From an uncultured delta proteobacterium (GTDB lineage: Bacteria; Desulfobacterota; Binatia; UBA9968), in assembly GCA_963804165.1 (NCBI GenBank), contig CAWDPO010000023.1, positions 204,967 through 268,966 on the forward strand: a stretch of 64,000 bases of DNA. The letters run 5' to 3'. The notes under the pieces were generated by a model. The model ran no database searches, was not told the origin of the DNA, and saw only the letters and a program-made list of their open reading frames with translations. The position numbers and the translations under genes are program-made. Of the stretch, positions 43,333 through 52,832 are shown piece after piece (the stretch's first letter is position 1; each line of letters starts with the position of its first letter).

Positions 43333-44318
43333 TTACTTGATCACCTGATTCGCCCGCTCGAGCACGCGGGGCGGAATTGTCAGACCGATCTGCTTCGCCG
43401 TTTTCAGATTGATCACAAACTCAAACTTCGTTGCCTGCTGCACCGGCAAATCAGCCGGTTTGGCGCCTTTTAAAATCTTGTCGACGTAAACCGCCGCGCG
43501 CCGATAGAGGTCATCGTATTCCGTCCCGTAGAACATGAGGCCGCCCTCTTCGACAAACCCCTTATCAAAGTAAATAGCCGGCAACCGATATTTGTCGGCA
43601 AGCTCCACGATCCGCTTTCTTTCGGCGAAAAATCTGCGATTGGAGGTCGTCATAATCGCGCCAACCTGTTTTTGCTTTGCGGTTTGAAAGGCGCGCTCTA
43701 AATCTTTGGGGTCGGCTTGAGCCTCGATCTCGTCCAATTTGAGCTTCAGCGCCAGAGCCGCAGGCTTGATCTCTTTCAATTGAAAGTTTCCTGGTCCGGC
43801 TGCCGGAGTCCACAGAAGTCCAACTCGGCCGAGCTTGGGCACCGCGTCGTTGAGTATCTCTAGTCTTTTGGTATTCAGTTCTACTGATTGAGCAGTAAAA
43901 CCCGTCACATTCCCACCCGGCCGGGCTAGACTGGCAACCAATCCTGCGCCTATAGGGTTCGCAGCGCTCGTCATTACGATGGGAATGGTAGCGGTGGCGC
44001 TCTGGCCGCTAACGCCGCTACTGTCCCGGTAACCACAATCAGATCGATCTTAAGACGAACCAGCTCCCCCGCAAGCTCAGTTAGTCTTTCAGTCTTTTGC
44101 TCGGCAAACCGGTACTCGATGGTGAGATTCTTTCCTTCATTCCATCCAAACTTGCTCAGCTCTTGCCGGAACGCGTCCACGAGGACTGCATTGCCAGAAG
44201 CAGTGCTTGGATCCAGCAAACCTATGCGGAAGATTTTCCCTGTCGGCTGCGCCTCGACTATGGCCACAAAAGCAAGCAGGACCACTACAAACAGGATTGA
44301 GAAAATGGCTTTCCTCAT
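43333..44318 (-). CDS. ABC transporter substrate-binding protein (ABC_sub_bind type); one frameshift near 44000
   Basis: Signal peptide, ELVRLKIDLIV, GLVASLARPGGNVTG, GGLMFYG, YVDKILKGAKPADLPV. Confidence 0.88.
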
Positions 44319-45135
44319 TGCACATACCATTACCCGTCATGTGTATCACGTGGAACGGTAGTAGAGAACAGTGAAATTTACGACGGGAAGACGGCAGTTT
44401 TTCGTCGCATGGGAAGACCGAAGTGAGTCGTGGCGTAGGGAGTCAATCGAATGTCGCCGAAGGTCAAGAAAAAGACGCTTGAGGGCCTTTATAGAAGTGC
44501 GGGTCTGGATCATTGTGGATAAGACACACTTAGGGGAGCGAGTACTATGCACATCACCGCCGGACCTTGGCCACGTTTCTCTATCGCAACTTTGGTTATT
44601 GGCCTGTGGATGCTGTGGCGGAGAAAGCAGAATTAACTTTGAGCCCGCGATGGTTTTGCGTGCAATCCTAATTTTGGTCACCGAGTTGCGACTAATTCGT
44701 CGAAACAAAACTGCGCCCCTGGGTGAGCGTCTGGCGTTTTTCGGTACGCGCGCCCATCCCATATGACCGTGAAGCTATTGGCCGCATCATGGATGATCTC
44801 GCAAGGCTATCGCTTCATTGAAGACGCAGAAGTCAAAGCCGCGATTCTCGAAGTGCTGATCGACTTGGGTCGTCAATTGGGCGAGCTTGGGACACCCAAC
44901 TATCATTGACCGTGGTTTCTGCACCTGTTCAAACAAATTTGAAAGAAAGGCAAAACAATGAAAGCGGAGAAGGACGATGGGTATAAGTGCCCACGATGTG
45001 ACGACCACATTCCGGAGCAGTTCTACTGCCGCGACTGCGGCTACGTGCCGAACTGGAGGCAGATTGAAACGACAAGACCCACAGAGAAGCGGCATAACTC
45101 ATGGAGCTGAGATGTCCTATCTAAATTCGACTGTG

Positions 45136-45544
45136 ATGACTTTCGTCTCCCTGCCAACGGCCTTGAACAACCGAAAACCGCTGATTGCCATCGTTGATGA
45201 CGATGAGCCTGTCTGCCGTGCAGTGAGACGACTGGTGCGATCGGTGGCGATGGACGCGGAAACATTCAACTTCAGGACAACAGTTTCTCGATCTGCTTGA
45301 AGCGATGCCTTCGTTTCAACCCAAATGTTTGATTCTGGATGTGCAAATGCCGGAGATGAATGGTCTTGAAGTCCAAGATTGGCTCGTGAAAAACGGCAAC
45401 ACGGTTCCCGTGATTTTTATCACGGCGCACGATGAGGTCGGCGTCCGTGACAAGGCGCTAGCCGCTGGCGCAGTTGCGTTTTTGCGTAAGCCTTTCAACG
45501 ACGAGCTTTTGATCAAGACGCTTCGCGAGGCGCTGAAGGACTGA
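45136..45544 (+). CDS. single-domain response regulator; frameshift near 45275
   Basis: IAIVDDD in 44977..45300; CLILDVQMPEMNG...ITAH...LRKPF in 45305..45544; stop lies 2 nt before a palindrome half-site. Confidence 0.8.
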
Positions 45545-45546
45545 TT

Positions 45547-45570
45547 TGAAGGAGAATTCAGTTCAATCCT
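45547..45570. repeat. palindromic-site right half
   Basis: TGAAGGAGAATTCAGTTCAATCCT. Confidence 0.9.
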
Positions 45571-45603
45571 GGCGTCGCAGTTTGTTTTCCCGGCATCATC
45601 GAA

Positions 45604-46558
45604 TCACTTTATCCGACCTGGCCAATACATTCCGCGGAATCGTCAGGCCGACCTGCTTTGCGGCTAACTAAAGTCGATCCATCCCACCAGCGCGGTGCCG
45701 AAATGCTCGCCATCAACGACCCGGAACGAGCATTCAAGTGACCTGCACGTAGCGACCCTTCTCGATCTCATAACCACGCACAAGGTGATGGCGCTCTAAG
45801 ACTTCGTTACAGACTGCACAGAGATGGCGGTGTTTGAGGCGTGACCCGCATTGGGCGTGTAAAAGATTGAAGAATGGTCGCTGTGTGGAGCTCGACCGGG
45901 ATGGCACCAAGCCAAATGGCCAGGAGGTCTTCGATGGCTCGATGCGGCGCGGGGCATCGGCTACCGGGCACCAAGCGATGAAGGCTTAAAGAAACAGATT
46001 GCACTGCCCTATCTTGATGGCGCTCTGGATCGTGCGCGAAAGCTCGAATAAAACTCCATTACGACGGACGGTGCATCTTTCCATCTGCTACTCTTAAATC
46101 CATGGCTCGCCCCATTGCCCGGAGCGTTCTGCGCTTTCAGAGCAGCGATGAACCTCCGGGCATACTCCAGTGATCGAACCCGCTGGCAACAGGATCGCCG
46201 TCCTGCGCAAAGACAATGGGAATCGTGGTCGTCGCTTTCTTGGCGGCACGGGTTACCGACGGACCAGCCGTTACGATGACATCGACCTTGAGACGCACCA
46301 GCTCGGCCGCAAGCTCACGCTCGCGATCCGCTTTTCCCTCTGCGTATCGATACTCAACGTCGATGTTTTCCCCCTCCACGTACGCCAGCTCGCGCAGCCC
46401 TGCCGGAATGCCGCGACGCGAGCGACAACGGCGGCGGGTTTGGTGTCAGCTAGGAATCCTATCCGTGAGACCTTCTTCGGCTGTTGCGCACCGGCTCTGA
46501 CTGCGAAAGCAAGCAGTACCACTACAAACAGGATTGATAAGGCACCCGCTTTCTTCAT
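45604..46558 (-). pseudogene. ABC substrate-binding protein gene with its middle replaced (3' stub ~45604-45665, 5' part ~46170-46558)
   Basis: MKKAG...ELVRLKVDVIVT...DGDPVASG at the 5' end; AAKQVGLTIPRNVLARSD at the 3' end; unrelated DNA between. Confidence 0.75.
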
Positions 46559-46659
46559 TGCACACACATGTATCACGCGGGACGCTACCAGAGAGAAAGT
46601 AACATTTAGGACGGAGGGCGACAGCGATTCTTCGGGTGAGAAAACCAGATTTTAAGCGT

Positions 46660-46722
46660 GAGATTGAACTGAACGACGCTTCAATGTAGATGCTGGCGGA
46701 GATTAAGCATTGAAGGAGAATT
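46660..46722. repeat. palindromic site, left part (interrupted; remainder at 49249..49263)
   Basis: GAGATTGAACTGAACGACGCTTCAATG...CATTGAAGGAGAATT| then element then |ATTCAGTTCAATCCT. Confidence 0.9.
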
Positions 46723-46869
46723 GGACTAAACCGCTTCGCGGTAGGCCGGAGGGCCGGAGTCCCTGCCATGACGTTCTTCCTGCTTTAGTTTTGCAGTTAT
46801 CATTTTTTTGACGGTGTGTCGTGTCGCAGTGATAGCCTCAGTGAAAATTTTTCACTCAAGGAGGCTGTC

Positions 46870-47715
46870 ATGGGAGCATTACGAGACCGGATGATCGAGG
46901 AGATGAAGCTGCGGAACTTTTCGGCTGCAACACAGAAGACGTACGTCTACGCGGTGACACGGCTAGCGAAATATCATGGCAAAGCGCCGGACCAGCTCGG
47001 TAAGGAGGAGATCCGAGCCTTTCTTGTGCATCTGATAGTGGAGCGGAAGTTATCGCCCAATGGTCTGACCGGCTACTGCTCGGGGCTGCGGTTTTTCTAT
47101 AACGAGACTCTGGGATGGGACGAGAACAAGCTGTTCATTCCACCGCGCAAGCAATCGTCACCTCTGGCGGAGGTCTTCAGTCCCGAGGAAATCGTGCGTC
47201 TGATCCGCGCGGCCCGAGGTCTCAAGCAGCGTGTGCTGTTAATGACCGCCTACTCGGCTGGACTGCGAGTCAGCGAGTTAGTCAATCTCAAGGTCAACGA
47301 CATCGATCCGGCGCGCATGACGCTACGTATCAGGCAAGGTAAAGGCGGCAAAGACCGTTACGCGATTTTGTCGCAGAACCTCCTTGCGGAACTGCGTGTG
47401 TATTGGAAACGCTACCGGTCCGCGGTCTGGCTTTTCCCCAACCGAGCCAAGAACGGCCCTTTGAGTCGAAACGAAGCGTGGCACATCTTCAATTCGGTCA
47501 AGAGAAGAGCGGGCCTTAAAAAGGGCCGTGGCATACACAGCCTGCGGGCATGTTTTGCCACTCATCTGTTGGAAGCGGGTGTGGACCTACGCTCGATCCA
47601 GTTGTTGATGGGGCACACCTCGCTTATGTCTACCCAGCGCTACTTGAGGCTATCGCCACAGAGCGTCAACCGTGCCCTTAGTCCGCTCGACCGATTACCG
47701 TTAACGACGGTCTAA
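46870..47715 (+). CDS. tyrosine recombinase (N-terminal SAM-like domain + catalytic domain)
   Basis: GGAGG RBS; GLRVSE, GKGGKDR, HSLR, LMGH and TQRY catalytic residues. Confidence 0.95.
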   Translation: MGALRDRMIEEMKLRNFSAATQKTYVYAVTRLAKYHGKAPDQLGKEEIRAFLVHLIVERKLSPNGLTGYCSGLRFFYNETLGWDENKLFIPPRKQSSPLAEVFSPEEIVRLIRAARGLKQRVLLMTAYSAGLRVSELVNLKVNDIDPARMTLRIRQGKGGKDRYAILSQNLLAELRVYWKRYRSAVWLFPNRAKNGPLSRNEAWHIFNSVKRRAGLKKGRGIHSLRACFATHLLEAGVDLRSIQLLMGHTSLMSTQRYLRLSPQSVNRALSPLDRLPLTTV

Positions 47716-47718
47716 GCC

Positions 47719-48909
47719 GTGGGCGCCGGCTCTGGACAGCCGGCAGCAAGAGGCGGCGTTGAACTGGCCGATATTTTTCGCGCCTATGGCGAGTCGTATC
47801 GCCGCCACCATCCGTTGCCGGTCTCCCATCTTAAGGTTATGCAGGCCGTGGAGCGCTGTCGCACTGCAGCTCTCGGAGGCCACCTCCAGCAGTGTGATGC
47901 CTGTGGCTTCGAGCGTCCCGCCTACAACTCCTGCCGCAATCGACACTGCCCTAAATGCCAATCGTTGGCGAAGGTCAAATGGCTCGATAAACAAAAGTCA
48001 GAACTGTTGCCGACCGGATATTTTCATCTGGTCTTTACCTTGCCGCACGAATTGAACCCGTTGATCCTGATCAACAAGAAACCTCTCATCAATATCCTGT
48101 TTCAATCGGTCTGGCAGACCTTGGCGCAGTTTGCCCGGAGTCATCTCGGTGGGAGCTTGGGGATCACCGCAGTTCTGCACACCTGGGACCAGACCCTGTT
48201 GGATCATTTTCATCTGCACTGTCTGGTTCCCGCCGGCGCGTTGTCCTTTGATCGAAACCGCTGGGTCCCGGCGCGTCAGGACTTTCTCTTTCCAGTCAAA
48301 GCCCTGAGCCGGGTCTTCCGCGCTAAGTTTCTCGACTCGCTCAAAAAGAGCTTCGATCAAAGCAAGTTGCTCTTCGTCGGACAGATCGCGCCCTTGGCCG
48401 ACGCCGACAGCTTTGGTGTACTTCTCAATGGATTGCGGAAAAAACCGTGGGTGGTCTATGCCAAAAAACCATTTGGCTCTCCCGTCTATGTCCTTGATTA
48501 CTTAGCTCGCTACACTCATCGTGTAGCACTCTCCAACGATCGCATCTGCTCGCTCCACAACCGGGAGGTCACCTTCACGTACCGCGATCGGAAAAATGAA
48601 GATCGACGTAAATTGATGACGCTGGGGGCCGAGGAGTTCATTCGACGCTTTTTGCTCCACGTCATCCCCAAGGGTTTCATGCGGGTGCGCCACTACGGCT
48701 TTTTAGCCAACCACCGCAAAGATTGTCTGTCGAAGTGTCGTCAACTCGTGGGACTTTCACCTGCACTCATCCCACCTCCTCAACGCTCTCCTGACGAGTT
48801 GATGCTGGCACTGAGGGGCATCGATATCCATCGCTGCCCCCGCTGCCAGACCGGAACGCTGATGTGGGTCTTCGACTTGGCGGTCTCCCGACCGTGGGAT
48901 TCGTCGTGA
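47719..48909 (+). CDS. IS91-family Y2 (HUH) transposase with Zn-binding N-terminus
   Basis: CDAC...SCRNRHCPKC, HLVFTLP, HTW...HFHLH, YLARY, RRFLLHV.P.GF.RVRHYG. Confidence 0.95.
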   Translation: MGAGSGQPAARGGVELADIFRAYGESYRRHHPLPVSHLKVMQAVERCRTAALGGHLQQCDACGFERPAYNSCRNRHCPKCQSLAKVKWLDKQKSELLPTGYFHLVFTLPHELNPLILINKKPLINILFQSVWQTLAQFARSHLGGSLGITAVLHTWDQTLLDHFHLHCLVPAGALSFDRNRWVPARQDFLFPVKALSRVFRAKFLDSLKKSFDQSKLLFVGQIAPLADADSFGVLLNGLRKKPWVVYAKKPFGSPVYVLDYLARYTHRVALSNDRICSLHNREVTFTYRDRKNEDRRKLMTLGAEEFIRRFLLHVIPKGFMRVRHYGFLANHRKDCLSKCRQLVGLSPALIPPPQRSPDELMLALRGIDIHRCPRCQTGTLMWVFDLAVSRPWDSS

Positions 48910-49267
48910 AGATCGCTCGATCAAATCAAAACCAGAGTCTTGCTGTTGCTCAGTGCCGGAGCCAATGCAGCGCTGTATTCTGTTCCGCCATTTTCCCTGC
49001 TACTAGCCCGCGCTACAGTGCGCGCAGCTCCCTGCTCGCCGCTACAAACCACATCCCATACCGCCCCATCATCTTGTTGCTCACCACTCAGCAGCGTCCG
49101 TTTACCTCATCCTTTCCTGTTCAATCCCCATAGGCAACGACTCTTGCCTCTCCCAGCGCTTTAGTCCAATGGGTTTTAACCTGAATGCGCCCGTTCTTCC
49201 CAGCTATCACCGATCGTTCTGCGCTCGCATTCAGGTTAAAACCTGTACATTCAGTTCAATCCTGGCG

Positions 49268-50242
49268 TTACTTAATCACCTTGTCAGCCCGTGCCAGCAC
49301 ATTTGGCGGAATCGTGAGACCGATCTGCTTCGCCGTCTTCAGATTGATCACCAGCTCGAACTTCGTCGGGGCTTCAACGGGCAAGTCCGCAGGCTTGGTC
49401 CCTTTCAGAATCTTATCCACATAGGTTGCGGCGCGGCGGTACAAGGTAGTGTAGTCCGACCCGTAGGACATAAGGCCGCCCGCCTCCACAAACTCTTTCT
49501 CCCAGTACATCGCTGGCAGTCGATGCTTAGCGACGAGTTCAACAATGCGCTTCCTGTTCGCGCTCGGGACAGGACCTTGGATCACGAGCAGCGCGTCGGC
49601 GCGCCTCTGGCTCAAGGCGCCGAACGACGGTTCGAGATCCTCCCGTCGTCTTATCTCAAGGGATAACGGCGTTAACCCCAGCGATGGTGCCACCGCCTCG
49701 GTCTCCTTGAATGCGACGACGGACGCTGTACCTTCTGGATTCCAGAGGATCGCCACCCGAGATGCCTTCGGCAAAACCTCCTTGATCAGTTCAAGCCCTT
49801 TAGTGCTCAACTCTGGAGAGAGGGTCGTGTTTCCAGTCACGTTGCCTCCGGGGCGTGCAAGGCTCGCGACAAGACCGATTCTCACAGGGTCGCCGCCCGC
49901 TGCGATCACGATCGGGATTGTCTTGGTTGCTTTGGCCGCCGCTCTCGCGGCCGTTAGGCCTCCCGTAACGATGACATCCATTTTGAGCCGTACTAGTTCA
50001 GTGGCTAGCTCAGGGTATTTCTCTGTTCGTCCTTCTGGATCTCGCTGTTCGATTATGATGCTCTTCCCCTCGATGTACCCGAGTTCGCGCAGACCCTGTT
50101 GAAAGGCATCGACGCGCTGCTGACCACCGCTCACGAGCATGCCTACTCGCGGAACTTTCGCCGGCTGCTGCGCCTCGACTATAACTGCAACAGCAAGCAG
50201 TATCACGGCAACCAACGCCGACGCCCAGCCCGCTTTTTTCAT
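49268..50242 (-). CDS. ABC transporter substrate-binding protein (ABC_sub_bind type), intact
   Basis: 324 aa, signal peptide, GDPV..GLVASLARPGGNVTG, GGLMSYG, YVDKILKG.KPADLPVE. Confidence 0.93.
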   Translation of the reverse strand: MKKAGWASALVAVILLAVAVIVEAQQPAKVPRVGMLVSGGQQRVDAFQQGLRELGYIEGKSIIIEQRDPEGRTEKYPELATELVRLKMDVIVTGGLTAARAAAKATKTIPIVIAAGGDPVRIGLVASLARPGGNVTGNTTLSPELSTKGLELIKEVLPKASRVAILWNPEGTASVVAFKETEAVAPSLGLTPLSLEIRRREDLEPSFGALSQRRADALLVIQGPVPSANRKRIVELVAKHRLPAMYWEKEFVEAGGLMSYGSDYTTLYRRAATYVDKILKGTKPADLPVEAPTKFELVINLKTAKQIGLTIPPNVLARADKVIK

Positions 50243-50340
50243 GGCCGCTACATTACCACGCGGAGCCTAGCGATGAAAAGTGTGATTTGCCGCAATAGAA
50301 GAACCAGAGTCTTCGAGGGGAAGAAGACCAATTTCGACGT

Positions 50341-50407
50341 AGGATTGAACTGAACGACGCTTCAGTCAAATCTCATAGGATTTAGTCGTAGGAGAAATCA
50401 GTTCAAT
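50341..50407. repeat. full palindromic site
   Basis: AGGATTGAACTGAACGACGCTTCA...CGTAGGAGAAATCAGTTCAAT. Confidence 0.88.
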
Positions 50408-50608
50408 TACAGCCTTAGCGTTGGCGTTGAGGGAGTGCTGAGGATCCGAAGCGATAAGGGAATCCAGCGGCAGGACTGCTGCGTTCCCCTCCACCGCTTT
50501 GTTAGTTAAGTTAGATAGTGTCATTTCACGCAATCGAGCAGTTGAAAGCGAGCCGAGAGCCGCTTGCAACGAACCGAGCCGAGGCGCTAAACGTCGAATC
50601 AACTGAAA

Positions 50609-51256
50609 TTGATGGAACCGATGAAGTTAATTAAACAGTTACCCGTTTGGCTGTTCGTCTCGCTGCTTCTGCTGGGAGCCGTCCCTACTTCAGCAATGGA
50701 GATGAGCGTCAGCGGCTCTCAGCTCATCCTCAGCGGTTTCATTAACGAGTTGGATTACGACAAATTCCTTTCGCACCTAACCCCAGCCATACGAACTGTC
50801 GTCTTCACCAACAGCCCGGGCGGGGTACATTTGATCGGGTTAGCCCTTGCTCACGAGATTCGACGCCGAGGGCTGTCGACCGTTGCCTTGGGGTACTGTA
50901 ACTCAGCCTGCGCCAATGCGTTCCTTGGTGGAGCGGATCGCCGGTTGGCCAATGACCGTAGCTACGTTGCGTTTCACGGCAATTACTCGTACCGGATCGG
51001 CAGACCTTTAACCGGACACTTCGGCGAGCTATCTGCCTTCTACAGCGAGATGACCAATGGACGGTTAAACGACCAGATGATTCAACTGTTCCTGAGCAAA
51101 GGGGAGCGCGGATTCGTCGGTTACTACCAGCGGGTGACGCGAAATTGTGAAGGCACAGAGCCCAAACGGCCCTCGGGCTGTCCGACGCTTCCAATCACGG
51201 CCTTGGAGCTCGGTATTCTTACGGCTCTCGACGACGTTGAGGTTAGCGAACAGTGA
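50609..51256 (+). CDS. exported ClpP/crotonase-like protein
   Basis: Signal peptide, LSGFI, NSPGG, CNSACANAFLGG..R, VAFH. Confidence 0.7.
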   Translation: MMEPMKLIKQLPVWLFVSLLLLGAVPTSAMEMSVSGSQLILSGFINELDYDKFLSHLTPAIRTVVFTNSPGGVHLIGLALAHEIRRRGLSTVALGYCNSACANAFLGGADRRLANDRSYVAFHGNYSYRIGRPLTGHFGELSAFYSEMTNGRLNDQMIQLFLSKGERGFVGYYQRVTRNCEGTEPKRPSGCPTLPITALELGILTALDDVEVSEQ

Positions 51257-51361
51257 ACATTACAGAATCCCTAAAGACGCAAATGGCCTGAAAGCGTTTT
51301 TACTCGCATAACGCGTTCGTGGATAGTCCTCAAACCTACAGTCAAATTCTGTAATCGACGT

Positions 51362-51385
51362 GAGATTGAACTTAACGACGCTTCA
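51362..51385. repeat. palindromic-site left half
   Basis: GAGATTGAACTTAACGACGCTTCA. Confidence 0.85.
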
Positions 51386-51454
51386 ACGCGATGCTAGCCT
51401 AATCCAAAACCAACAGCGGGTTTTCTTAGTTCCCCGCCGAGTTAGATCCAATGG

Positions 51455-51688
51455 TTAGCGGCTTATGCGCCTCGCCTCACTGTTTTCGCTGGTAGGCGTG
51501 CGAGCAAGTCTCCACAACCAAAGACTCAGACCGCCGAAAACGATAACAGCCAAAACGCTTGGCCACAATGGCATCGGATAACCACCTACAAGCACTTCTG
51601 GCCGTATTACAAGCCGCGCCAGCTGCGCAATGGCCAGCGAAGCGAACACCACGCTCGACACTAGCAATCCTGTAGTTTGGGAGTTCAT
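51455..51688 (-). CDS. small two-TM membrane protein
   Basis: GGAGG RBS; VFASLAIAQLARL...PLWPSVLAV. Confidence 0.65.
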   Translation of the reverse strand: MNSQTTGLLVSSVVFASLAIAQLARLVIRPEVLVGGYPMPLWPSVLAVIVFGGLSLWLWRLARTPTSENSEARRISR

Positions 51689-51850
51689 GCTGTCATGCCC
51701 TCCTAATCAATTAGGTGCCTTCAACGATAAGCGTGTCACCGCTGAAACAGGAGCGCAACATTGCAATTCTGGCGTCACGTTGCTGCGAGCAGCTGCTATC
51801 GGTGCGCATTTCCAGCACGGGTTGCGCGGAAGAACCAGATTTTTAGCCTA

Positions 51851-51883
51851 AGATTGACCTGAAGGAGAATTCAGTTCAACTCC
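51851..51883. repeat. collapsed palindromic site (left arm fused to right half)
   Basis: AGATTGACCTGAAGGAGAATTCAGTTCAACTCC. Confidence 0.75.
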
Positions 51884-51885
51884 AT

Positions 51886-51966
51886 GGTTAACGAATCAGG
51901 CTGAGAGGGCGAGGCCAGCGAGCGGAGCGAGCGGGTCGAAGATCCTTCTCAAGCCAATTGTTAGAC
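51886..51966 (-). other. integron attC site
   Basis: Minus strand: R'' GTCTAAC, 5-nt spacer, L'' GCTTGAGA (extra base), central loop, L' TCTCAGC, then R' G|TTAACC; 6 nt after the stop of 51973..52731. Confidence 0.75.
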
Positions 51967-51972
51967 CCCGTC

Positions 51973-52731
51973 TTATTCGAGATCCTCAGCGTATGAAAAC
52001 TGGACACCCATGCTTTGAAGGGCTTCCGTAACAGCAGCTCGCGCAAGTGCCTTGCCGAACGGCAGATAGTAACTGATCTTCTCCGAAAAATCTTTTCCCT
52101 CCTGTATCTGAACAATTTGAGCTGGAATTAAGTGACGCTCAACATTCGCAACAGTCATTCCCACGACTGCAATGCTCTTCTTCGAAGGAGTGCCCGAGAG
52201 GAGCGGTGCACCGCTCGCGCCCTGGAGCGCCGGAAATGAGACGAGAAATGTCGGTGTCTTGATTTTCTCAGGATACGTACTGTCGTACGAACGCACGATA
52301 TTTCCCTTGTGCGTATACGGCTCGAACGCAATGTGGGTTTGTCCGGGTGTTGGTTTTTCGATTTGCGTTCCGCTGTACTCGAACGTGAATACATCCGCAT
52401 TGAGTGCCGGATCGGATTTACCCAATGTAAGCGGCATAACCGTCGGAATATGTTCCAGCGGGACATCTGCAACGGCCAGGTCAAAATCCGGTGACGCTAG
52501 AACGCGCGAGATCGCGATAACCGGAATTCCTGTTTCACCGCGAAACGCAATGGCGTACTTTTCGTCGGCAGCTAATTGACATGATTCAAACACATGTTTC
52601 GCGGTTACAAGCCGAATGCTGTTCGCCTGTCCTACAAAGAATCCCGTCCCGAGCAATTCAGCAATGGGAACGGTTTTACTCGCCCTTACAATTGGTACGA
52701 TGGACAGCTCGGGACGAAGCTCTGCAGGCAT
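51973..52731 (-). CDS. trypsin-like serine peptidase domain protein (integron cassette gene)
   Basis: GTGFFV, VTAKHV, DLAV and GASGAP triad motifs; preceded on the minus strand by GTTAGAC (52754..52748). Confidence 0.78.
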   Translation of the reverse strand: MPAELRPELSIVPIVRASKTVPIAELLGTGFFVGQANSIRLVTAKHVFESCQLAADEKYAIAFRGETGIPVIAISRVLASPDFDLAVADVPLEHIPTVMPLTLGKSDPALNADVFTFEYSGTQIEKPTPGQTHIAFEPYTHKGNIVRSYDSTYPEKIKTPTFLVSFPALQGASGAPLLSGTPSKKSIAVVGMTVANVERHLIPAQIVQIQEGKDFSEKISYYLPFGKALARAAVTEALQSMGVQFSYAEDLE

Positions 52732-52832
52732 ATTGCGGCTATCGTGGGTCTAACGCGAAGCTAACCGTCGCGCCTTCCAAGGAGCGCCCCGCATGGTCTT
52801 CCACGCCTTTCGTGCCGCCTCACTTTGCCTAG

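Larger units (their letters stand above)
46723..49248 (+). mobile_element. 2.5-kb tyrosine recombinase + IS91-like transposase element, copy 1
   Basis: Ends defined by comparison with copy 2 (offset 7891) and with uninterrupted sites; ATT at both junctions; left ATTGGACTAAACCGC is inverted at 49156..49170; subterminal 18-bp hairpin. Confidence 0.92.

Noticed and set aside
46870-47715. Integron integrase IntI
   Set aside because: At 281 aa it lacks the IntI-specific insertion between patch III and box II, and it is embedded in the IS91-like element.
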